A stretch of DNA of 36,436 bases from Chiloscyllium plagiosum (lineage: Eukaryota), in the NCBI RefSeq assembly GCF_004010195.1, contig NW_025214953.1, positions 19,795 through 56,230 on the forward strand. The letters are read 5' to 3'. Each line of letters starts with the position of its first letter. Position 1 is the first letter of the stretch. The notes beneath the pieces are model-generated. The model had not been told where the DNA came from. It was given only the letters and a program-made list of their open reading frames with translations, and did not search any database. Made by a program: the position numbers and the translations under genes. Of this stretch, positions 23,161-32,589 are shown in pieces.

Positions 23161-24061
23161 GTAGGCTACTTCAAAAAATACGGAGGTATGGCATTGAGGG
23201 TGAGTTGGAGGTTTGGATTAGGAATTGCCTTGCTGGAAGAAGACAGAGTGTCGTAGTTCATGGTAAAGGTTCATCTTGGAGTGCCGTTACTAGCGGTGTT
23301 CCGCAAGGATCTGTTTTGTGACCATTGCTATTTGTCGTTTTTATAAATGACCTGGAGGAGGGGTTAGAAGATTGGGTGAGCAAGTTTGCAGATGATACGA
23401 AAGTCGGAGGAGTTGTTGATAGTGAGGAAGGATGTGGCAGGTTACAGCGGGATATAGATAAGCTGCAGAACTGGGCAGAAAGGTGGCAAATGGAGTTCAA
23501 TGTAGCTAAGTGTGAGGTGATTCACTTTGGTAAGAGTAACAAAAAGATGGGGTACTGGGCTAATGGTCGGATACTTGGTAGTGTGGATGAGCAGAGGGAC
23601 CTTGGTGTCCATGTACACAGATCTCCGAAAGTTGCCACCCAGGTAAATAGTGCGGTAAAGAAGGCATATGGACTTGGGGTTGTTTTCATTGGAGAAAAGA
23701 AGGTTTAGGGGTGACTTGATAGAGGTGTACAAGATGATTAGGGGTTTAGATAGGGTTAACCGTGAGAACCTTTTTCCAAGTATGGAGTCAGCTATTACGA
23801 TAGGGCATAGCTTTAAATTAAGGGGTGGTAGGTATAGGACAGATGTTAGGGGTAGGTTCTTTACTCAGCGAGTCGTGAGTTCATGGAATGCCCTGCCAGT
23901 AGCAGTGGTGGACCCTCCCTCTTTATGGGCATTTAAGCGGGCATTAGATAGGCATATGGAGGATAGTGGGCTAGTGTAGGTTAGGTGGGCTTGGATCGGC
24001 GCAACATCGAGGGACAAAGGGCCTGTCCAGCGCTGTATTCTTCTATGTTCTATGTTCTATG
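23160..24061 (+). mobile_element. Young 5'-truncated CR1 LINE with an internal deletion
   Basis: GVPQGSVL, FINDLEEG..SKFADDTK, WQMEFNVAKCEVIHFG, FFTQRVVSSWNALP and a (TTCTATG)n tail. Jumps from VKKAYG to LGLFSLEKRR at ~23671. Confidence 0.95.
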
Positions 24062-24182
24062 AAAGAACCTTTATACACAAAACACTGTTTAAACCAACCG
24101 AATTCAACATCCGGAGCAAAAGACACTAACAGCTACCATACATGACCTTTGAACCCAATAGTCTCCCGGTGCATAAACTCCA

Positions 24183-24390
24183 GTGTCTGCATGAGCTTAT
24201 TCTGGATTCTCTGGTTTCCTCCCACAATCCAAAGATGTGCATGTCAGGTGAATTGGCCATGCTAAATTGTTTGTAGTTTTCAGGGATGTGTGGGTTAGGA
24301 GTCTTTGTCGGGGTAAATGTGTAATAATAGGGTAGAGGAATGGGTCTGGGTAGGTTACTCCTTGTTGGGTCGAATGGCCTGTTTGCAAAT
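24183..24390 (+). mobile_element. HE1 SINE, 5'-truncated and diverged
   Basis: ggtttcctcccacaatccaaagatgtgcatgtcaggtgaattggccatgctaaattg. Confidence 0.85.
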
Positions 24391-24399
24391 TCTAAACTC

Positions 24400-25110
24400 A
24401 ATATGGTATTACCGATTTCGAACCAGACAAGAGTCCCCAGTTTACTATAGACCAACTAGACTGCCTCAAACTAGTTAAAGAAGGTAGCTTGGATACCAAC
24501 CTTTTTTTATTTTAAAGGTAGATGTGAGTTGTGAATTCCAGATGCGATGCTACTAGTCAAACCATTCACCATTAAACAAAACACAATATATTTAAACACT
24601 CTAATGAAAATCTATACAAAATGAAGAGGAATTTAGAATAACTTAACTATTGGAAACCTTAACCGAATAATGGATACAGTACCAACCTTAACCGAATAAT
24701 GGATACAGTACCTTCTACAAATCAATTGTTCCAATATACTAAAATAACCTAAACACACCCCTTGGCAAAAAGGAACATTCAGACATGCATTCTTGCATAC
24801 AGGTCTCCAATCCAGGAGGAAACAGCATCAAGTGAAGTTACAGAGAGAATAGCAGCTAGGGATAATCTACTAAAACTTCCAACCCTTCTGGGACCCCAAG
24901 CACCTGGTAACTGTTACAGCTCCAAGGAAAAATCTAGAAAGCCTGGTCTGTTCCAGCTGGCCTTTGTTACTATTATTTATTAAAAACCCTAAACGCCTCG
25001 TAAGTTATTTACTTGAGCCTTTTTCATTAGGCAGTTTGGCCTTTATGACCTCTTACTAAAAAAAAGGAGAAAATAGCCTTTTATTAAAAAAAAGTGACAT
25101 CATTGTCACA
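24400..25110 (-). mobile_element. Gypsy LTR (probable 5' LTR of the 22020-23160 gag)
   Basis: Begins TGTGACA on the minus strand and lies upstream of the gag and leader. Homologous to 16740-17363. Contains a perfect 29-bp tandem duplication (24655-24712). Confidence 0.75.
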
Positions 25111-25744
25111 CAATTTAGATGCCTGGTCCTTTACTCAGTGGGCTTCCTCGTGTTGCTGATCGCAAGGTCACCTGAGAGGGACAGCCACAGGTACAGACCA
25201 AGTTACAAGGATGTGTTTCATAACTTCTGAAACACCCCTGTCCATGGACCATCATATGGGACATACCGGGAAGTGAACAATAGCCTGACACACACCATTT
25301 CATTATTTCTGAGCTACACAATGCCAGCACTCGATACACTAGGGAGCCAAAACCCAAGGCCAGGGAAAGATACAGACGGACCAAAGAGATTCACATTAAA
25401 GACAGAAACAGTTAATTAACTGAAAATATGTTGTGGAAATATGGGGAAAAAGACAGGCAGTGGGACTAACTGGAGAAGTGATATCTTCGAGAGTAAAATT
25501 ACAAGGTTGAATAAAGGCATTGTCAGATTAGCTGAAATGGTTTGTTACATCAAATTCTAAATCTGCTTCACAAAACACCACAAACAACATAAACTGAGAC
25601 AAGATGACAGCCCAGCATGTAGAGCTGTGCAGACCATGCTAGTGTGTTGCTCAGTAAACTGCACTATCTGGAGAGTATTGCAAACTTTACTATCATATGC
25701 TAACTATACTCGCATCAGATTACTGCCTACAATGGGAAGGTTTG

Positions 25745-25812
25745 CTCTCTCTGCCTGTGTGTGTGTGTTCATCAGAGACTGAGAGAGAGAGTGTGTGTGT
25801 GCGCGCGCGCTA
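25745..25812. repeat. Compound microsatellite (CT)n/(GT)n/(GA)n/(GC)n
   Basis: Directly visible in the sequence. Confidence 0.9.
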
Positions 25813-26643
25813 TACGCGTGGTTGAATGCGAAACTCATTGTTTGAGAAGGAACGCACATGGAGAAAACAATTTTAAATACGAACAACTGGCAGGCTTTTT
25901 GTTAATCAACAGAGCGAACGAGAGAGGTTTCATGGACAGATGAGGTAAAGTGTTTGAGAATATCAAAATAAAGGCATTGCCAGAAACAACAGCAATATAT
26001 ATCGGCGTGCAAATGAATGACAGATGGATGCGAGTTTAGTGTGAGGTCGAATCAGATTTGCTTTGGAAAGTTTGAAGCCGGGAGTGTCAGCAGCAGATTA
26101 TTTGCTTCATTAAGACTGTACATCATAGCTCAAGATTCAAACAGCAGATGGAATAAGCCAGTGAGATATATTCTGGAGTGGTGAGTATTTCAAGTTAGAA
26201 ATGGTCAGAGTATGGTGTCAGGAATCAGCTCATTGTCAAAGGGATCTCCCACAGTTGTGACTTATCTGCTTCAGCCGCAGATATTGGCCAGGAATGTGAT
26301 GGAAACAATGGAAGGAAATGGATTTTGTAACCAGAACAGTAAAGAGTGACCTCCATGCTCTTAATATTTAAATGACAAAGGTAATGATACAATAAATTGT
26401 AGTTCTCCGCTGAAACTGAGTAGATCAACATAGAGACCCATGAGTAACAATGTCAGAGCAGAGAGGGAAACAGGAATTGAACACCTTCATTGATGTAGTT
26501 AGTGGTGGTCTGTAGAGGAAATATCTGGATTGAGAGTTTCAACAGAAACAATAATAGTAGCAAGAAGTGTAGACTATATAAAAAAACAGTAATACAGTCA
26601 TAACTGGTTCATAGAGAAAATAAATCTGGACACTGACACTTAC

Positions 26644-26821
26644 CAGGCACACCAACGATAGCCAGGAAAGGATAATAAAAATATTGAATAATGAGAAGAG
26701 CGTAATAGAAACGCCATGATAATGGCCACCAAGAAAATGCAGATAGACGCCAAACATAATCGGATAAACTCCTGTCTATTGTTGGAAAAAGCCCGTCCAA
26801 TGTTCCCAGATCCTGATCCAT
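26644..26821 (-). CDS. First coding exon of a shark GPR139-like (class A orphan GPCR) gene: N-terminus plus first half of TM1
   Basis: MDQDLGTLDGLFPTIDRSLSDYVWRLSAFSWWPLSWRFYYALLIIQYFYYPFLAIVGVP plus 1 nt, then a perfect donor G|GTAAGT. YYPxLAxxGVP followed by a phase-1 intron (before the TM1 Asn) is typical of the GPR139-like family expanded in cartilaginous fish. The downstream exon is not seen in the window. Confidence 0.82.
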
Positions 26822-26952
26822 GTTTGGAACATTCCAGTCTAATGTTCTCAGATTCTGATCTCTCCTCCCCCTCTTTCTGGATCTGCTGTTCCCTGTCAGT
26901 GTTGTCGGTGATGCTCCTGCTCATGTTATGGGATAACACATTGAACGGCGCC

Positions 26953-26960
26953 TATTTATC
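26953..26960 (-). promoter_or_regulatory. TATA-like box (GATAAATA) upstream of the GPR139-like exon
   Basis: About 130 nt upstream of the ATG, in non-repeat DNA. Confidence 0.35.
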
Positions 26961-26999
26961 ATTAAAAGATGGAAACCCTCCACTGGGATAATTAGAATC

Positions 27000-27890
27000 C
27001 ATGGAGATTGGCATTAATCACAGTCACTGAACAAACACTGGGAAACCGAGCAAAGGCTACCACAATGGATGAATGGGCACTGCACAACAATCAACAGACA
27101 GGAGGGTCCCTCCCAGTTGGGACATTGAACCTCGAACCTCTTGAGACCATCCTTCAAGGCGGATTTCAGGACAGGCAGCAGCGAAAAGTGGCCGAGCAGA
27201 GGCTGATCACTAATTTCAGTACCCATAGGAAGGGCCTCAACCGGGGCCTTGGGTTCATGTCACATTACCTCCCTCTCACACTCACAACCCCCAACCCAGA
27301 CAAACACACACACACACACAAACTGACAAAGATCCACATGCACATATATATTTTGTGGGGTGAATTTGTACTTGCAGAGTTACATTGTACTTTGCTCAAA
27401 ACCTGCATTAATTCATGTAGACCTCTGAGCTCAAAAACTGCATGAATTCATGTAAAACTTCGTTATCTCACTTTTCAGATTAGAATCAATCTAAACATCA
27501 TGGTTAGACAGAGAACACAGGGGGCTAACACCTTCAACATGTTATCTCGCGAACACTCATTGTTACAGCTAACCTGAGAATGCAACTTTAAAAGAAAAAG
27601 GTTTTGTGATTTACAGATGAAAGAAATGAAACTATGATGGTATTCGAACAGATGAAAGACTCAACAGACAATCAAGGTATCTTTCAATGTATAATTTCAG
27701 TTACATTACACTGTACATTTTTGCTATAAATGCTGTGCCTTGGTAGTGTGTCCTCCACTATCACCTGACGAAGGAGCGGCGCTCTGAAAGCTAATGTGCT
27801 TCCAATTAAACCTGTTGGACTATAACCTGGTGTTGTGTGATTTTTTTGCTTTGTACACCGCAGTCCAACACCGGCATCTCCAAATCATGA
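27000..27890 (+). mobile_element. Penelope-like element 3' fragment (second family): GIY-YIG C-terminus plus terminal repeat
   Basis: TILQGGFQDRQQRKVAEQRLITNFSTHRKGLNRGLGFMSHY, a (CA)n tract, and terminus ...cagtccaacaccggcatctccaaatcat. Confidence 0.88.
27762..27798 (+). ncRNA. Minimal type I hammerhead ribozyme motif
   Basis: CAC-CTGACGA-A-GGAGC-ggc-GCTCT-GAA-AGCT-A-at-GTG: core, helix II, palindromic AGCT helix III and CAC/GTG helix I. Confidence 0.7.
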
Positions 27891-28269
27891 CTTAACAAAC
27901 AAGCTCAGTTAACCAGTTCCACACATCACTTTTCATATCACTATAAAAGGGAACATTTACTGGGTTTGGATGGAATGGATGAGGGTTGCTGAGGGATGGA
28001 CCAAAAATCTTTAAATCTTTTAAATCTTTTTTTTGAACTTGTATATGAGAGTATTAACAGAACACTGCCGGGTTCTATATTTGTTCCATTCTGTGTATGA
28101 AAGGAGGCAGTTATAAAATAACAGATCGGCTGCATAATAAAAGTCGGGTGGGCAAGTTTCTCGATACCTTAACCCAAAGCATGATACTTATTGACCAGTG
28201 TGAGGCTACTCCTGGATTTAATTGCCCTGTTATCAAATCTTTTCATAACCTTGAGACAGAGCATTGAGA

Positions 28270-28722
28270 CTGCTGCTCAGGAACAGGCCGAAGCAATTCT
28301 GTCCCTCTGGGCCGCTTAACAGTGGGATAAGAGAAGGCCATTCAGCCCATATTAGCCTGTTGCTCGTAGAAATGGTGAAAATCTAGAAGATTGGCACATT
28401 TTGCCAACAGAATCATTTAAGACGAAGAGATGTGTCGCTGCAGCTGTATGAGGTGTTACTGAAGAGGGCACCTGGAGTACATTGTGTTGTTTGTGTTTCT
28501 GTAACTGAGAAAGGTATGGACCTCCATCAGATTCAGTTTAACGGCTGCTCGTAACCCACGGGTTGCTGTGTTATTTAATGTCTCGGGTCTGTTACATAAG
28601 GACAGGAGGAGGCCACTCAGCCTTTTCGGTCTATTACAGAGGGCCACGAGGAGCCCATTCAACATCTCGAACCTGTTACAGGGGGACAGGAACTGTTTAT
28701 TTAACTTTCAAGTCTGTTACGC
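28270..28722 (+). repeat. Degenerate ~42-bp minisatellite units (same family as 13350-14050), interrupted
   Basis: For example aaggacaggaggaggccactcagccttttcggtctattaca and gaggagcccattcaacatctcgaacctgttaca. Confidence 0.7.
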
Positions 28723-28729
28723 ATATACA

Positions 28730-31248
28730 TTATTTTTAAATTAGTTTTGGAATAGGAAATACCTGATGTAAACATTAAAGTTCTAACTTTGAACAAGGCC
28801 AATTTTGAAAGTGTTAGACGAGCCCTGTGAAAGGCTTTACCTAATCGTAGGTAAAGGGATGGTTGGAAAATGCAAGGCCATCAAAACTTGGTTTCAGAGA
28901 GTCCATAGCCAACGTGTTCCTATTCGTGAGAAGGCAAGGCTGGTGGGTGCAAGGAGTGCTGGATGGCTAGATATATTGATGCTCTGGTCAAGGTAAGGAA
29001 GGAGGCATATGTCAGGTTAACAGAGCTGAGATCAAATGAATCCCGAGAGGAATATAAGGGCAGTACCTGTATAATCAATGGGGAAATCGGGCCAGAAAAA
29101 TGTGGACATGAGATGGCTTTGGAAATAGGTTTAACGAGGCATTGAAGACATTCTACAAATCCTTTAATGGCAAAAGATTAACTCGGGAGAGAATAGGGAC
29201 CCTTAAAGACCAGTAAGGCTACTTTATGTGTAGAGTCACAGGAGACTGGAGGCAGTAATGTGGAGGAGGTTATAAGAGCAAGAGAATGAAGAAATATATA
29301 GTGATATCTTGAAAAGTGTCTATATTACAAGGAGGTGTTGGACATTTTAAAACATATAAAGGTGAACAAATCCCTGGAACCTGATCAGTTGTATCCCAGA
29401 TGTTTGTGGGAAACTAGGAAAGAGATTGCTCTGCATTTTGCTTATATATTTGTATCATTGATTTTAACAGGTGAGGTGTCAAAAGTCTGAAGGGCTGCTA
29501 ACATAGAGTCATTATTTAAGAAAGTATGGAAAAACCAGGTAACTATAGTTCGGTGAGCCTTACGTCAAAGGTGACTAAATTGTTGGAGGGGATTTTGAGG
29601 GAAAGGATGTATATGCATTTGGAACGTCAAGGACTGAAGAGGGCTTTGTACATTGGAGATCACATCCTAATGACTCGGTGGAATCTTTTGAGGAAGTGAT
29701 GAAGATGATTGATGAAGGCAGGACAGTGGTTGCTGTCTTTATGGAATTCAGTAAGAAAACCAAAATGTTCTACATGGTAGACTGGTTAGCTAGGTTAGAC
29801 CGCCTGGAATCCAGGGAGAGCTTGCCATTTAGCTCCCAAATTTTCTTGGATATTGGAGACAGGGCGTGACAGTGAACATTTGTTCATTAAACTTGGAGAC
29901 CTGTGACCAGTGTCATGCCACAAAGATCAATAGTATGTCCACTGATTTTAGTCACTTATACAAATCATTTGCATTTGAGTATATGAAGTACGGTCAGTAA
30001 GTTTATAGATAATTCCAAATGTGGTGGTGTAGTCAACTGTGAAGAATGAACTCTCAGACTATAATGGGACTGAGGAGTGGCAGATGGAATTTATTTTAGT
30101 TAAATGTGATTTGTTGCATTTTGGCAAGACAAATCAAGGCAAGACATCTAGGTAGGGTCCTGTCGAAAGCTGCTAATCAAGGAGAACTCCATAGAAATTA
30201 TCGAATCCCTACAGTGAGGAAACAGGCTATTCGGCCCATCGAGGCCACACCGTCCCTCTAAACAGTATCTCATTGGACAAACCCCTACCCTATCCCCCTG
30301 AGCCTACATTTTCCATGGCTAATCCACCTCGCCTACACATCCCTGGGTACTATACACAATTGGCATTGGCCAATCTCCCCTTATCTGTATATCTTTATAC
30401 TGTCTGAGGAAAACATAACATCCGGAGTAAAGTCACACAGACACGGGGAAAATGTGCAAACACCACACAGGCAGTCATTCAAGGATGGAATTAAACCCAG
30501 ATCGCTGCACTCTGCAGCATCAATGCTAGCCATTGAGCTACTGTGCCACCTTGTGGTGCAGGTTCTCCGGTCCTTGAAAGTGCCGTCACAGGTAGACAGC
30601 GCAGTGAAGAAGGCACTTGGTGATCTTCCCTTTACTGGTGAGTGCTTTGTGTCTAAACATTTGCATGGCATGTTGCATCTGTACAGGACATTAGTTTGGC
30701 CACTTTCGTAATGTTGACTTTAATCCTGGTCACCCTGCTGTCGGAAAGATGTTGTCAAACTTGAAAGGGTGCAGAAGAGACTTAAAATAATGTTGCAGGT
30801 GTTGGAGGGTTAGAGTTACAGGGAGAGTTTGAATAGGCTTTGACTATTTTCAAGTGTTTAAGCTGAGGGGTGACATTAAAGACGTTTATAAAATCATGAG
30901 GGGCATAGATAAGGTAAACACTCATCATCTTTTACCCAGGACAGGCGAGTCCAAAATTAGTAGACAAAGGTTTAAGGTGAAAGCAGAAAGATTTAAAAAG
31001 GGACATGAGGGACAACATTTTCACACAGAGACTGCTATGTGTATGGACTGAACAGCCAAACGAGGTGGTGGAGGCAGGTGCAGTTACACCATTTAAAATG
31101 CATTTGGATGGATACATGCATGGGAAGTGTTTAGAGGGAGATGGGCCAAGTGCTGGCTAGTGTGACGAGATTTATTTAGGGTATTTGGTTGGTATGGACG
31201 ATCAGACCGAAAGGTATTTTTCTGTGCTGTACATCTCTGAGATTCTAT
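28730..31248 (+). mobile_element. HER1-like CR1 LINE, decayed ORF2 to 3' end, with an internal HE1 insertion
   Basis: KSLEPDQLYPRCLWE, ESFEEVMKMIDEGRTV, SLKVPSQVDSAVKKA, KLRGDIKDVYKIMRGIDKV. Confidence 0.9.
30192..30552 (-). mobile_element. HE1 SINE, old diverged copy
   Basis: cagtgaggaaacaggctattcggccc...cacagacacggggaaaatgtgcaaac...ctgtgccacc. Confidence 0.85.
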
Positions 31249-31249
31249 T

Positions 31250-31765
31250 GCCTCTTGAGTGTATAACACAGGAACAGGAGGAGGCTATTCAGCTTCTGAA
31301 TTCTGTCAGTCAGCTTGTTTGTTCAATTGCTGAGAGTAAAATATAAAAATACATCATTCAGATTTTGATGGTGTTTTACAGAAACAGGAGAAAGCCTTTT
31401 AGTCAAGTGAAGCTGTAAGGAATGTGAAGTGGCCATTCAGGCCCTCGACTCCATTCCACAGTCGCAGCAGGTGAGCACAGAGCTATTGGAGCCTGTCAGT
31501 CAGTAGCAGGAGCAGGACATCTACTTTCGCAAACCTTGGATCAGGAGGCAGTCACTCAGCTGCTCAAGATTGGGACACAGGAACAGGAGGCAGTTACTCA
31601 ACTGCTTGATACTGGGACACAGTGACAGGAGGGAGTCATTCAACTGCTCGAGACTGGGGCACAGGGAAATCTGGAGGTTAGTGAGGCCCCAGCATCCTGT
31701 TATGCAAGGAAAGCAGGAGGTGACTCACTCCCCACCAGTATGGGACACTGGGAGAGAAGGGGAGT
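31250..31765 (+). repeat. Degenerate ~42-bp minisatellite (same family)
   Basis: acacaggaacaggaggaggctattcagc, and three consecutive 42-bp units around 31540-31665 (caggaggcagtcactcagctgctcaagattgggacacaggaa...). Confidence 0.8.
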
Positions 31766-32589
31766 TTGCTTGGAACAAACAGAAATATATGAATAAGTTG
31801 CATTAGTGGTCCATTCAATCCTGCGCCACCATTCACAAAGACCACGGCTGATCTGATTGTGATTCCCTCATTCCATTTTACAGAGACTCCCCTCTCTGCA
31901 GCCTCTGCTCCGTTTCTTGGTCATGTTGCAGACCCAAATGCTGTAACAACAGTCACCATGACTCATCCAGAGGGATGGGTCTAACCGGATGAGTCAGGAT
32001 TTGAAGAGTCCAATCACAAGAATTAAAACACAAAACAAAGGCATTGCGAGATGTTTAGTCCTCTCACATTCGCAATCTAACTCACATAACCAGCCCATCC
32101 ATTACATATTCACGATGGAGCACTGTGTAGATCCGGCTCGTGTACAGCTGTATGTAACCCAGCAATGTCCAGAGTGAAGCTCTGCGCAGCCCACACCAAT
32201 GCTTGATCGATAATCCTGGACTAAGTGTCCAGAGTGCGGAGCTGTGCAGTCCGCACTGGTTCATTCAAATATAAACCCAGGCTGTTGCATTGTTCGATAA
32301 CACTGAATTAGATCACTGCCCAGTGTGGGGAAAAATGTAACCAATGCTGGAAGTGACAGGATGTGCAGTTCCCATCCATTTACATCTCCATATCTCCACT
32401 TTACCTTGAGAAGCGGTGCTGCAAATGTGAAAATCACTGTGAGGAAGAGATGTAAATGGAAACAATTTGAATACCAATAGTTCTGATTAAGGCGCATATC
32501 TCTCTAGTATCTAAAGATGAAATAACTGAGATAATATCCAATGAGGTTTTGTGAACGGTGCAAAGAAGCAAGAGGGGGTTGGTGATGTT

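Noticed and set aside
25791..25810. Z-DNA-prone (GT)n(GC)n tract in the GPCR intron
   Set aside because: Short, common microsatellite with no evidence of function.
26640..26939. 99-aa minus-strand ORF with a hydrophobic stretch (LCLASICIFLVAIIMAFLL)
   Set aside because: Alternative frame over the T-rich GPCR exon. The other frame carries the recognisable YYPFLAIVGVP motif and fits the donor phase.
32435..32475. CACTGTG heptamer as a V(D)J recombination signal
   Set aside because: There is no nonamer at 12/23 spacing and no Ig/TCR segments nearby.
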